64,000 bases of DNA from a virus: positions 1 to 64,000 of IMG/VR virus record IMGVR_UViG_3300032267_000592. One strand, 5' to 3'. The translations under genes and the position numbers were made by a program. Positions 47,647 through 57,950 of the stretch are shown here, piece after piece. The notes under the pieces were generated by a model. It was not told where the DNA came from. It did not search any database and saw only the letters and a list, made by a program, of their open reading frames with translations. Position 1 is the first letter of the stretch; each line of letters begins with the position of its first letter.

Positions 47647-49263
47647 TTAAGAAACTGCTAATGTGTTTGATGGTTCATATGCATTTGCAAAATAAACTGG
47701 ATTTTGTGGATTTTCCGCTTGAAAAAATACCCAAACTTTAGAACCAATTGCTGGTGTTGAAAAAAAACCCATGGGTCCACCCACTCTTCCGGAATTGATA
47801 GAACCCGTTGCGGTTATACCCAAAGACGAAATTCTCATTACATTTTGACCACCTCCAGTATCTTGTTGTGTTAAATTTGTTAAATCCGTTCCAGAAAAAA
47901 CAGACGCAGCATTTATAGCTGCTACTTTTCTCCATTCATAATTTGCAGTAGCAGCAGTTGCAGTTGGTAATAAATATCCTTTAGTAAAAGATTCAGCAGC
48001 AGTTTCTATGTTTGGTAAATTTTTTAAAGTTTCGAAACCACCGCGTCTTTGACTAGATCCGACAAAATATTCTTCTTGGAATAAAGCTTCAACTTGTGTT
48101 TGTATTGAAATACCGCCAGATTCTATTGTTTCGGGTGGATTTTTAGATGCGGCATATGATTTCATTCTATCTAAAATGTCTCGATTTTCTCCAAGTAAAC
48201 CATAACCAATTCCACCGTCATGAACTGTATTACTATTAAACGATGATTCTTGTGCCATATTACCAACTAATGCAGAAGCAACTATATTAGCTTGAACATC
48301 GTTAGCTCCTCTTTTTTTTGATTCGGCAAACGCAGTCCTGTATGCAACACCAGCATTTTGTGCTTGTGCAGAGTTTAATCCTAATGCGGTTTTAATTTTA
48401 TCAATATTGTTGGCATCAACTGAATTTGGATATATGGGTGCAGTTGAGCCATCATTTATTGCATCTTTATTATTAATACCATCTGTCAATTGGCGAGTGG
48501 GTTGCGTTTGTGCTACATCAACTGCTTCATTTGTGTTATTAGGTGTTGATGAATTTGAAGCCAATGCGCCACCCTTCCACTGCGAACTAAATGAGTTAAA
48601 CCAATCCGGTGAACCAGCTAAACCAGAACGCTCAGGACCAAATGTAGTTTTTCCGTTTTTATTGATCCCAATGTGTATATGATCACCCTCCCAACCTATT
48701 TCAGAAGCAGCACCAGTAGTCGCCCACCATTCTACTATTTTTTGCTGCTCGGTTGGATCTTTGGGCATTCTTATATCAATTGCATTACCGGAATAATGTA
48801 AACTATTTTGACTATGTTGACCATCGGTTGTACTCGTTATGATCGCATTCGGAAAATAAGAAGCAAATGCACCAATTCGATCTTTCATTCCACTAGAAAG
48901 ACCCTCTGGGTTTACACCACTCTTAAAATTTGCCTTTCCAGTTGCTCCCGAATATGAAAACGCTTGATCTGTTGGTATCGGAACCGCTGATCCGGTTGAT
49001 TCATTTACTGGCGCACCAGTTCCACCACCCCAACATGGAACAGCCGCTTCCGCCCAAGGTAAAACTGATAATAATCTTTCTTTAACGTCTCCACTAAATA
49101 CACTATCAGTAAAACTTCTAAATGATATATCTTCTGCCTTTTCGTTCCAGTTTTTATATAGAGTTGTAGATATGTGGGGTATAAATACTTGAACTCTACC
49201 TCTATTTTCAGGATCTTGTGTATTAACAACAATCCCTAAATGATTACCGGATACCTTGTGCAT
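47647..49263 (-). CDS. gp5: gp5-like baseplate hub N-terminal OB-fold protein with inserted M15-type peptidase and tail-lysozyme domains
   Basis: OB-fold motifs GIVVNTQDPENRGRVQVFIP..LPWA (N-terminus) and P.IGSKVWVFF..ENPQNPVYF (C-terminus) flank ITS..DGQH..NSLHYSGNAIDIR..HIHIG and ALVGNMAQESSFN..GYGL. Confidence 0.75.
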   Translation of the reverse strand: MHKVSGNHLGIVVNTQDPENRGRVQVFIPHISTTLYKNWNEKAEDISFRSFTDSVFSGDVKERLLSVLPWAEAAVPCWGGGTGAPVNESTGSAVPIPTDQAFSYSGATGKANFKSGVNPEGLSSGMKDRIGAFASYFPNAIITSTTDGQHSQNSLHYSGNAIDIRMPKDPTEQQKIVEWWATTGAASEIGWEGDHIHIGINKNGKTTFGPERSGLAGSPDWFNSFSSQWKGGALASNSSTPNNTNEAVDVAQTQPTRQLTDGINNKDAINDGSTAPIYPNSVDANNIDKIKTALGLNSAQAQNAGVAYRTAFAESKKRGANDVQANIVASALVGNMAQESSFNSNTVHDGGIGYGLLGENRDILDRMKSYAASKNPPETIESGGISIQTQVEALFQEEYFVGSSQRRGGFETLKNLPNIETAAESFTKGYLLPTATAATANYEWRKVAAINAASVFSGTDLTNLTQQDTGGGQNVMRISSLGITATGSINSGRVGGPMGFFSTPAIGSKVWVFFQAENPQNPVYFANAYEPSNTLAVS

Positions 49264-49265
49264 AA

Positions 49266-51020
49266 TTAATCTTCTTCGGCTTGAACTTCTGGTTTATTTC
49301 CATTAAATATTTTACCGACACTTGTTTTAACACTTCCAACGAACTTACCAACGCCATCTGATATTTCAGATGCAGCTAAAGACGCTTCTTTCGTTTGTTC
49401 TCCCAATATTTTAAAATCTTCTTTTAAATTTGCTCCAATATTTCCAGGGGAAATTGGATTACCATAAACATCTTCTCTATTACTATTATATACATTTGGT
49501 CCCAAGGAAGCCTGTGTTTGTGGAAAGAATGAAGCACCCTTTCCATATCTATCATAAATAGCACTTGCCTTTGTCAATATATTCCCAAGTGGGGTAACAC
49601 TTGCATACTGTGGTCCAAATTTATCAACTAATGCACCCATTAAATTACCTTGTAATGCTGTTGCAACATATGCGTAACCAAAATTTGATAATTGATCGGA
49701 TAAATAACCGCCCGGATCTTGACCAATTTGATTTACAGTGTCAATAATCTTATTAACTTCTGGTGGAAAATAAGCAGACACGGTACTAAATGGATTAGAA
49801 ACTAAAGTAGAAGCACTATTAACAAAATTTTGAGTTATATTTAAATAATTCATTAAAGGTCCGGACATATTGAACAACGATGTAAAAAAGTTTACATCAT
49901 CCAAAATACACTGCATGGTATCTAATATTAAACATATTAAATCCAATGGTATTATTTTATTTATTGCATATAAAACCGTCTGTTGTATTTCATTCATTAT
50001 TCCATTTACATATGCATAAACCTGTTGAACATAAAATATAATACCATTATAAATGTCATTTATTATAGCCTGAAAGGTTTCTACTACACCATTTATCGCA
50101 GCTACCAATCTACCAACAGAACTAAATGAACCTTTTGGCATTGATAAATACGAACGAGTTCTTATCATATTGCAGAATTTTTCTAAATTTTCTACTGCAT
50201 CTGGATGGATTTTATTCAATAGATTTTCGACTAAACTTGGTGTGTTTTTAGTTGGTCCAGTAATTGGATTATTCGACATATTATCTGCATTGACTTCGGT
50301 TGCTCCCAATTTTCCAACTTCTTCAAAACAACCTTTTTGCCATGCCGGTGTTTTTTTCAATGCTTCATGTAATAATGGTTGTTTAGCCATTTTATAAAAA
50401 TCATTTATAAATGCTTGATCTATTACATATCTTTCATGTCCTTGCGAACTGGAAGATAATGTTTTATTATCAAATCCATATACAAGTAAACATAATAACA
50501 AGTAATATTTGTTTATGTTCATATCACTAAATTGGTGTTTAATTCTTGCAAGTTCCCCATTAAATAAATACGGATAAAGGGTTAAATTTGTTTGTTTTTC
50601 TAAATCTTTTATTGAAGCTTTTTCTATTTTTTTATCCTTATCTACAACTGGGGTTGCTTTTCTAACTTCTGGATTTTCTGCTAATTTCTGTTGTCCGGTT
50701 GTTTGGGGGTTTGTTGCAGCATTTGTCGTTGGGTTTACAGTAATTGTTAAATCCGTATTATTAAATCCCTTCAATGCTAAATTATTTGCAGCTTCAATGC
50801 TATTAAGAGAATTAACTTGTGTCATCACATTAGCAACATTATCAGTCATGCGATTTACTGTAATTTGTGATGATTCTACAAATAATGGCGTTGAATTATT
50901 ATTACTAATAACTGCTGTCTGTATTGCTGAACTTTGTAATTTACTTTGTCCAACAAACCCACTAGAACCGCTATTCTTTGCTGTCTGTTGATTTAAAAAA
51001 ATATCTACTTCATTAGCCAT
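49266..51020 (-). CDS. Large hypothetical virion-associated protein
   Basis: The likely start is ATG 51020 (MANEVD), preceded by TATAAGTT at 51034-51041. It is co-oriented with the gp5-like gene and has long amphipathic helical stretches. Confidence 0.55.
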   Translation of the reverse strand: MANEVDIFLNQQTAKNSGSSGFVGQSKLQSSAIQTAVISNNNSTPLFVESSQITVNRMTDNVANVMTQVNSLNSIEAANNLALKGFNNTDLTITVNPTTNAATNPQTTGQQKLAENPEVRKATPVVDKDKKIEKASIKDLEKQTNLTLYPYLFNGELARIKHQFSDMNINKYYLLLCLLVYGFDNKTLSSSSQGHERYVIDQAFINDFYKMAKQPLLHEALKKTPAWQKGCFEEVGKLGATEVNADNMSNNPITGPTKNTPSLVENLLNKIHPDAVENLEKFCNMIRTRSYLSMPKGSFSSVGRLVAAINGVVETFQAIINDIYNGIIFYVQQVYAYVNGIMNEIQQTVLYAINKIIPLDLICLILDTMQCILDDVNFFTSLFNMSGPLMNYLNITQNFVNSASTLVSNPFSTVSAYFPPEVNKIIDTVNQIGQDPGGYLSDQLSNFGYAYVATALQGNLMGALVDKFGPQYASVTPLGNILTKASAIYDRYGKGASFFPQTQASLGPNVYNSNREDVYGNPISPGNIGANLKEDFKILGEQTKEASLAASEISDGVGKFVGSVKTSVGKIFNGNKPEVQAEED

Positions 51021-51078
51021 ATGTTTATATAAAAACTTATACTTGAATGTCATTTTACCATATGATATAATTGAATTT

Positions 51079-51666
51079 ATGACTTTAATGATAGGCATTT
51101 CTGGGGCTGCAAGATCAGGAAAAGATACTTTATGTAGATCTTTAATAAGAGAATTTCAAAAAATTAATAAACAAGCAGTTAGAAAATCTTTAGCGGGAGA
51201 TATAATTAAAAATGATTTAAATATTTTAACTCAATCAAAGTTAAGCTTAAATTGTTTTACAGAAAATACAAAAGAAAAAGAGTTATTAAGACCATTAATG
51301 GTTGAATATGGTAAACTTATGAGAAATAAAACAGAAGGTCGTTATTTTACAAATAATTTTTTACCAGAATCAAATAAAATAAATATCATACCCGATATAA
51401 GATATGCTGAATACGAAAACGACGAAATATATTGGTTAAAAAATGAAATGAATGGGTTTTTAATTTTCCTCGAAAGAGAAGGAATCGATTCAGCGAATGA
51501 AACAGAAGAAGAAAATAATAAAAAAATTAAAATAAAATCGCATCTATATTTAAAATGGGATTCTCTAGATGAAAACGATCCAGATCAATTGAAAATTATT
51601 GATGGTTATGCAAAGCGTGTAATTAAATCATTTACCACTTTCCAAGAGGGCAACCGGATGCTTTAA
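51079..51666 (+). CDS. Deoxynucleoside monophosphate kinase (T4 gp1-like)
   Basis: Motifs MIGISGAARSGKDT, SLA..IK, R..MVEYG and IIPDIRY..E. A promoter, TTGAAT-17-TATAAT, at 51043-51071 supports the 51079 start. Confidence 0.8.
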   Translation: MTLMIGISGAARSGKDTLCRSLIREFQKINKQAVRKSLAGDIIKNDLNILTQSKLSLNCFTENTKEKELLRPLMVEYGKLMRNKTEGRYFTNNFLPESNKINIIPDIRYAEYENDEIYWLKNEMNGFLIFLEREGIDSANETEEENNKKIKIKSHLYLKWDSLDENDPDQLKIIDGYAKRVIKSFTTFQEGNRML

Positions 51667-51943
51667 CATATACTTTAACTGCAATATAACAACCACATTG
51701 CGTACATCTTTCTTGCGCCGAATTAAAAAATTCACAAGAATTACATATAGATTTTCTACGATTTATTTCAACATCATCCGATTTTATCTGTTCACCGGAT
51801 GCCATATTCTGTACAGTTTTTACAATATCCCCTCCAACGTTTTTAGCCATTTGTGTAAATGATGGATATACACCTCTATTCGAAGATGCCAATTTTTGAA
51901 TCTGTGCATCTTGTATTGTTTTTTTTAAATAATCACTGTTCAT
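51632..51943 (-). CDS. Small Cys-rich protein (CxxC...CxxCGC...CPLGKW)
   Basis: Contains RRKSICNSCEFF...RCTQCGCYI..K.....GCPLGKW. Confidence 0.65.
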   Translation of the reverse strand: MNSDYLKKTIQDAQIQKLASSNRGVYPSFTQMAKNVGGDIVKTVQNMASGEQIKSDDVEINRRKSICNSCEFFNSAQERCTQCGCYIAVKVYVKASGCPLGKW

Positions 51944-51947
51944 ATTT

Positions 51948-53564
51948 TTAATATTTTATATCTTCTTCTGGCCATAATTTACCAAAACTATCAATTTTAA
52001 CTGCAACAACTTCTGTTACATAGTTTTGCGCAGTAAAAAGATGTGATACTTTTGTAATAAACCACTGACCCAAAAAACGATCATCAAACGGATTACTATC
52101 GCTACTTTTTAATCTGTCGATATGAATAAATCTACCGGGTGCTCTGATGGTTAATCCTAAAACTTGAAATGTTATCGATTGATTTAAAAATATAGCATCC
52201 AAAATCATTTGGTTTCTACATACATATTCGGTAGTAAAAGAACCTGATTTAGAAAATTCATTTTTAAACATCAATCCAGTTGTTTTTGTTTTATTTAAAT
52301 TTAAAATTATTTGAGGTTTTGTTCCATTTTTGAATGAATATAACCCCTTATTGGCAAGTTCTTTTAATTTTTCCAACACACTTTTAATGGAATTTTGTTT
52401 AATTTTTATATTAAATTCTCCTTTTGAAAAATCATAATAATGCAATGCTGTGTTTGTAATACGATTATCATCGGTTGCTACCATCGGTGAAAATTTATAT
52501 TTTTGAATTCTCGATGCAATAGAAGACATAAAATTTCGTGTATTGCTACTATCTGAATAAGATGCTCTATCTACCTTTGGTGGTGATTTATCATCATCCA
52601 AAGCATCGGAATCCTCTATCATCATTATTTCAACTTGATCGGGTTCTGAATTTTGAAAAAATTTTGATATTGGAATAAGTTGCCATTTTTTGTTATCTGT
52701 GGTTCTACCTAAATCAAGAACAACGGGATCTTTTGTACTTGATGTACAATGAGACAATATATAATTTAAATCTTCAAATGCAGTGGATCTAGCTGGTGAA
52801 AAATATTTTATTTTATTCTCTTTGTCTCCTGCATCCCAATTGGTTTCATCTATATTGTCAAACGGTATGGTTGGATTATCTATTGTTCCATTTTCATCAT
52901 AACCAATTTTTAATTTATCGGTTTTATTTGTCAAAGACATAGAATTTGATGCGGTCAAACTTAAAAGTTCTTTCAATATATCATTTGGATTTAATGAAAG
53001 TTCGGAATCTTTTAATTTATATGCGGGTTTATTTAATTTTTTGGCAGCAAGTTGAGCGGTAGACCATTCTAAATTTCTTTCTTTTAAAATCTGATACCTT
53101 TCTTCTACGAATTTATACACCCTTTTCTTTATTTGTGCATTATCGGTTGGTAAGTCTTGTACATCAGTAACGATAAAATCGAAAGATAATTCCCATTTAT
53201 CTTTTGGAAAAACTGATTCATCTTCTATGTTGTCATTACTAACTGGATATATTCTAATTGAAATTTTATTTCTACCATCGGTCCTATCGATATATGGTGC
53301 TTTTATAGATGGTATTGTTTGATTTGAGTAATTTACAGGAGCAACAGTTCCTCGATTAAAACCTTCAAAAACTATATTCAATGCAAGTTGACCGCTTGTA
53401 ACAAAATTGTGCAAAGACTCATTTATTATCAAAGAATCAACAAGAAAAAACGGAATAGCAACAGGCGTTTCGTTTTCTATTTGATTGTAAAATACAATTT
53501 CAATATAATAATATTGATCTCTTATTTGTTGATAACTTCCAATTTTAGTTTTCATCCAGAACAA
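51948..53564 (-). CDS. Baseplate hub protein (T4 gp27/GPD-like)
   Basis: N-terminal LIINESLH..TSGQL and C-terminal G.TIRAPGRFIHI..FLGQWFITKVSHLF..YVTEVVAVK. Confidence 0.65.
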   Translation of the reverse strand: MFWMKTKIGSYQQIRDQYYYIEIVFYNQIENETPVAIPFFLVDSLIINESLHNFVTSGQLALNIVFEGFNRGTVAPVNYSNQTIPSIKAPYIDRTDGRNKISIRIYPVSNDNIEDESVFPKDKWELSFDFIVTDVQDLPTDNAQIKKRVYKFVEERYQILKERNLEWSTAQLAAKKLNKPAYKLKDSELSLNPNDILKELLSLTASNSMSLTNKTDKLKIGYDENGTIDNPTIPFDNIDETNWDAGDKENKIKYFSPARSTAFEDLNYILSHCTSSTKDPVVLDLGRTTDNKKWQLIPISKFFQNSEPDQVEIMMIEDSDALDDDKSPPKVDRASYSDSSNTRNFMSSIASRIQKYKFSPMVATDDNRITNTALHYYDFSKGEFNIKIKQNSIKSVLEKLKELANKGLYSFKNGTKPQIILNLNKTKTTGLMFKNEFSKSGSFTTEYVCRNQMILDAIFLNQSITFQVLGLTIRAPGRFIHIDRLKSSDSNPFDDRFLGQWFITKVSHLFTAQNYVTEVVAVKIDSFGKLWPEEDIKY

Positions 53565-54166
53565 TCACTATCATTTACATTTTTAACTAATTCAACTTCA
53601 AGTTGATTGAAAACAAAACTAACAGTACAATTTATTTCACTTGGATCTTGATTAGAATAATTCAATTCACTTAAAGTTGTTGGAAATGCACCAGTATATT
53701 TAAAGGAAATTATTTTATTATTATACTCATCCAAACCAAATATGTAAAGATTAGTGGTATAATCTTTCATTGGATTTATTAAAGCAGGATCTTCGTTTTG
53801 AACTGGATAAAAATCAATTGTTTTTGTTAAATCGGTATATGATTTTTTCGAGTCATTGAATAAATTTAACCAATTCCATAAAACCCAATAATTACTATAA
53901 CCATTATCAACTAAAAATTTTATAGTTAATGGTGTATATTCCGGTCTTGATGTAGACGATGCTTTATAAACCTGACCACCAAATGGAACGTTTATAGCTG
54001 GTACATTTATAGATGGAACCGGAGAACCATAAATTGAAAATTGAATTGTATCTGCTTTAAAATTGTTATGTGAAACAACATCAAATTTATTTTTTAATGC
54101 TTTTGGAACATCCAAAATCAAAATAAATTTATCATTTCTTGCTTTATTTAAAATTGATTGAAACAT
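53552..54166 (-). CDS. Tail tube-fold protein, tail completion/terminator (T4 gp3-like)
   Basis: Motifs DKFILI, VPSINVP, Y.PLTIKFLVD..YSNY..LWNW, F.Y.GAFPTTLSEL.Y and VSFVF. Confidence 0.7.
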   Translation of the reverse strand: MFQSILNKARNDKFILILDVPKALKNKFDVVSHNNFKADTIQFSIYGSPVPSINVPAINVPFGGQVYKASSTSRPEYTPLTIKFLVDNGYSNYWVLWNWLNLFNDSKKSYTDLTKTIDFYPVQNEDPALINPMKDYTTNLYIFGLDEYNNKIISFKYTGAFPTTLSELNYSNQDPSEINCTVSFVFNQLEVELVKNVNDSDCSG

Positions 54167-54168
54167 AT

Positions 54169-56034
54169 TTAAAATAAAAATATTGGTCTATATTCTTCTT
54201 TATTATATAACTTATCACTTTCTTCCGTTTCTTTATCTTTATTTGTTGAAACATTCCCCCAAGTCATAAGCCAACCCTTTAACAAAGAAGATTCTTCGTC
54301 ATATGTAATTTCCTTTTTCGGATCAAATTTTCCAACATAAGAAAATCCACTGTTTATAACTCCTTGTCTTTTAAATGTAGATGTTTGACCACTAAACAAT
54401 GGACTTTTTTTAATTAATTCTGAATTATCTACTAAAGGTGTTAGTTTTAAAGGTCTTCCTTGATCATCTATATCTACAATGTTATAATATTTTCCAGCTA
54501 TCGATGGTTCTAATATAAAAAGACCCCAAACTAATGACAATACCCTGTCATCCAAATCACTATCATTTCTTTTACTAAATGTAAAATTTGGATGTCTAAC
54601 AAAATTATTTAATTCAAGTAAAGTATCAATATCAAATAATTTTACAGCATTTAAACTATTAACCCAATATCTAAAATTTGTAATACCTTTATACCGAGTA
54701 TTCGTATGATTATGTACCCCAAAACGATTTTCTGTATTGTAATGCTTACTGAAACCTTCAAAATGGTACGAAACCACAGATTCATAATTGTGCGTGTGAC
54801 ACAAAACATCCAAAACCTGTTGTCCATTATTGTTATTTTCTACTAAAATAGGAGGTCTTCCCCAGTCTTCAAGTATACCCATTAAACGTGTGCCGAAATG
54901 AAACGGACTCATTTGATTTGTAGCATATATAGCTACTTGTTTTATATTAGTTAAATCCGATACGTCTAAAATCTGAGCAACGGTATTAGTTCTACCTATA
55001 CCCTCTCCAACGTCCACACCTATAACATAAAAACTTTCTGGATTTGGTTGATTAAAAACTTTATAAGCACCATTATCCATTACCAAAATAGGTTCTATGC
55101 ATTGAGCCTTTAAGCTTTCTAATAACTCAGGATCAATAGCAGTCTTTCCTTCCATGTGAAACTTATTACAATACTCCTGTTCAAAGTCATCCTTGGAACC
55201 CATTAGTGCTAAAGTTTTTTTAGCCCATTCTTCATCTCTACCCGGAATATCCCACCAGTTTACAACCTCCAAATGCCATTCACTTCCTTCCTTTTGGGAA
55301 TCTTGATAGAGTTCATAAAACTTATTATCAGTTCCATTTGGAGTACTGATAACAACAATTTGAGACTTTTTCATTGAAGAAATAATAGGAATTGCAGATT
55401 TCCACAACTCTCTCATTAATTCATTTGGACAGTGTGCCATTTCGTCAATAATCAATAGATTACTAGTACTACCGCGAGGACCAGAACTGGAAGTTGTACT
55501 AATCGTTATTGCTGAATCATTTGATAAAACAAAACCATCTTTCCTCCAAGATTTAACACTTGGTTTCATCCAAACCGGCAGTTGTTCAAATGACATTTTT
55601 ATTCTGGAAAAAATCTCTTTTGCAGTTGATTCTTTATTTGCAACTATTGTTATTCTTTTATCCGCTTGAAAACAAACAATCCATAATGCATAAATTGTTA
55701 TAGTTGTGGTTTTTCCACTTTGACGACTAGATAACACAGTAGTAAATCTTTTTGATTTAAAAGCTTTTAAAAGATTTTTTTGATATTTGTATAATTTAAT
55801 TCGCTCTTTACCATCTTCGGTTATTATATAAAAATAGTTTTCTGCAAAATGAAATACACTTTTAACACAGATTTTCATTTCTTCTTCCATTTCTGGAGTC
55901 CATTTTATCTGTGGATTATTTTTTAATAGGTTTTCATTACCTTTATAAAAAGAAGCATCAACCAAGACATCATCTGGTTCTATATCTTGTAAATTTATTT
56001 TACTTTCGGTTATATTTTTTTTATGTCTACCCAT
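54169..56034 (-). CDS. gp17: Terminase large subunit (T4 gp17-like)
   Basis: Motifs LYKYQ, SRQSGKTT, ANK...AKE, LIIDEMAH, STPNG, FEQEY, IGVDVGEG, VENN and DDRV. Confidence 0.95.
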   Translation of the reverse strand: MGRHKKNITESKINLQDIEPDDVLVDASFYKGNENLLKNNPQIKWTPEMEEEMKICVKSVFHFAENYFYIITEDGKERIKLYKYQKNLLKAFKSKRFTTVLSSRQSGKTTTITIYALWIVCFQADKRITIVANKESTAKEIFSRIKMSFEQLPVWMKPSVKSWRKDGFVLSNDSAITISTTSSSGPRGSTSNLLIIDEMAHCPNELMRELWKSAIPIISSMKKSQIVVISTPNGTDNKFYELYQDSQKEGSEWHLEVVNWWDIPGRDEEWAKKTLALMGSKDDFEQEYCNKFHMEGKTAIDPELLESLKAQCIEPILVMDNGAYKVFNQPNPESFYVIGVDVGEGIGRTNTVAQILDVSDLTNIKQVAIYATNQMSPFHFGTRLMGILEDWGRPPILVENNNNGQQVLDVLCHTHNYESVVSYHFEGFSKHYNTENRFGVHNHTNTRYKGITNFRYWVNSLNAVKLFDIDTLLELNNFVRHPNFTFSKRNDSDLDDRVLSLVWGLFILEPSIAGKYYNIVDIDDQGRPLKLTPLVDNSELIKKSPLFSGQTSTFKRQGVINSGFSYVGKFDPKKEITYDEESSLLKGWLMTWGNVSTNKDKETEESDKLYNKEEYRPIFLF

Positions 56035-56038
56035 TAGA

Positions 56039-56051
56039 TATAAGTATTTAC
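56039..56051. promoter_or_regulatory. Overlapping divergent late-type promoters
   Basis: TATAAGTA (+, 56039-56046) faces ORF 56078, and GTAAATA (-, 56045-56051) faces gp17. Confidence 0.5.
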
Positions 56052-56077
56052 TGTAATAATATAAAAAATCACTGACT

Positions 56078-56437
56078 ATGAATCAAGACATCATATTGGG
56101 TAAACATGATAAAGAATTTGGATATTTCTCAAAATGGCCAATATATGTTGTTGATACAGTAGATAAAAAAGGAATTTATAATATTCTACAAAATAAATTA
56201 AAATATTTTGAGGATAATAAAATAACAAAACTTATATCAGAAGATGATATTATGAATTATTTTTTAAATTTCCCAGAAATTGATTTTGAATGTATTTATT
56301 TTAAAGATATGATGCCAAAGCATTATGTTTTTAAAATAAATGAAGTTTTATATTCATATACAATCGGTCTAAAAAGTAAAAGAAAATTATATATGAGATG
56401 TTATTTTGATTATAATAAAATAATAACTATAAATTAA
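56078..56437 (+). CDS. Hypothetical protein
   Basis: A lone plus-strand 119-aa ORF within the tail module. Confidence 0.5.
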   Translation: MNQDIILGKHDKEFGYFSKWPIYVVDTVDKKGIYNILQNKLKYFEDNKITKLISEDDIMNYFLNFPEIDFECIYFKDMMPKHYVFKINEVLYSYTIGLKSKRKLYMRCYFDYNKIITIN

Positions 56438-56786
56438 TTTGTTTTTTAAGTTCAGAAATTACAGTCCAAACTAATTCTTTTTTTAATAGTTTTAATATAG
56501 TTCCGGGTTCTGGTATTTTTGTTGCATCTTTTATTTGATTATATTCACAAACCAACCACCACAAATCCATTGTACCATAATGTTTATATGAAATATATAC
56601 CCAAGTATCATTCGGAATTACATAATATTCATCTTCTGCGGAGCTATCATTTGCGGCAAAAACGTTTATAGATCTTAATATATTATAAAATTTTGTTTTA
56701 TCTGGATCTTCATAGATATTAAAAAAATTTTCATATCTATATAAAGACAGTTTTGGTAAATCATTAAAATCTTGTTGCTTGCTCAT
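56427..56786 (-). CDS. Baseplate wedge protein with a LysM-like domain (gp53-like)
   Basis: Contains YYV..NDTW..ISYKHYGTMDLWWLVCEYNQI.D....PEPG..LK. Confidence 0.8.
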   Translation of the reverse strand: MSKQQDFNDLPKLSLYRYENFFNIYEDPDKTKFYNILRSINVFAANDSSAEDEYYVIPNDTWVYISYKHYGTMDLWWLVCEYNQIKDATKIPEPGTILKLLKKELVWTVISELKKQINL

Positions 56787-56792
56787 ATATTA

Positions 56793-57950
56793 TTAAGGTA
56801 ACGGTTCACGCGCTTCTGTTTTAGAAAGATTTGGCTGAAAGGATTCGGCTACATTAAAACTAGCATCAGATATAGCATCGTATGCTTTACCATAAAGATT
56901 TGCTGCTGTTTCCAAAGTCTTTCCTGTAATTGCCGCCCCCTTATCATACTTTTCTTGAAGCGTTTTATTAATTGAAATTACATCTACCTTTTTAGCACCC
57001 ATTGTAGCTGCAAATACATTTGAACTCTGAGAAACTAAATCAGTAAATGTTATAGTTATTTTATAAGCCTCTGGTATTAATACTTCCCTAGAACCAAAAT
57101 CTTTAAAAATATCCATCTTTCTCGTAGTACCAATACTTTCTATCGATAAATCACTAATATATGCAGCTGCCATATATATACCACCCAAAGAAAAACTATC
57201 AACGGTATATATTTTTGGGGGAATATAAGACATCATAGTTGTTCTAGTTTTTAAATTTTGAAATGTTAATAAATTTACAAATGAATAATGATCAAATGCA
57301 CTGTCAATATCTATAGTATTATATAATGGAAAACTTATGGTTAATGACTGTTGAGATGTACCTTGAAACGATTGAACTTCCTCAAAACCAAATTTTGGAG
57401 TAAAAAAACTAGTAGCTGCACCAGCAACAGAAGCCACCATATCCAACTTTGAACCAGCAGAAGATTCTCCCCCGCTACCAATAGATTCCAATAAAGATTT
57501 TTCAGCACCCCAATTGTTTGTTACTTTTTTTAATCCTGCATTTGTATTTAAATATGGAAAATTATAAGCAAATCCGGTTCTATTTGATGCATACATTGTT
57601 AAAAAAGTATCAAGAGATGCATTTGGATTATCGCCCGTAAGAAATTTATTTTTTAAAACTTGATATACATTTTTTCCCTGCGTCAACAATTGAACTAAAT
57701 TTGTAGCAGTAGTACCAAATTTTAATTCAAATTCAGTCGCCCATATACTAGGAACTTCATCATTGCTTCCGTTATTTTTCCACTTCATCGTGTTCAAAAC
57801 ATCAACAATACCAACCTCTCCACCTTTTGGCTTTAACACAACATATCCATTACCCAAGCTAATACCACCGGGACTTGTTGTCTTTTCTTCTGCTCTAAAA
57901 AATTTATTAGATGCAAACGCAGCATTAACACCAGCAGCATTACTTGTCAT
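56793..57950 (-). CDS. Baseplate tube-associated protein (gp48-like/contractile tube cap)
   Basis: Motifs LTISFPLYNT, PPKIYTV, AYISDLSI and IPEAYKITITF. It lies next to the gp53-like gene. Confidence 0.55.
   Translation of the reverse strand: MTSNAAGVNAAFASNKFFRAEEKTTSPGGISLGNGYVVLKPKGGEVGIVDVLNTMKWKNNGSNDEVPSIWATEFELKFGTTATNLVQLLTQGKNVYQVLKNKFLTGDNPNASLDTFLTMYASNRTGFAYNFPYLNTNAGLKKVTNNWGAEKSLLESIGSGGESSAGSKLDMVASVAGAATSFFTPKFGFEEVQSFQGTSQQSLTISFPLYNTIDIDSAFDHYSFVNLLTFQNLKTRTTMMSYIPPKIYTVDSFSLGGIYMAAAYISDLSIESIGTTRKMDIFKDFGSREVLIPEAYKITITFTDLVSQSSNVFAATMGAKKVDVISINKTLQEKYDKGAAITGKTLETAANLYGKAYDAISDASFNVAESFQPNLSKTEAREPLP

Noticed and set aside
51020-51098. Apparent head-to-head overlap of ORFs 49266..51098 and 51043..51666 (likewise 5776-5812)
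   Set aside because: This is an artefact of longest-ORF calling. Downstream ATGs (51020, 51079, 5746) remove the overlaps and leave room for promoters.
34126-56034. Inteins or introns in the polymerase, UvsX, helicase or terminase
   Set aside because: Lengths are normal and the conserved motifs are contiguous, with no intein-like or LAGLIDADG insertions.
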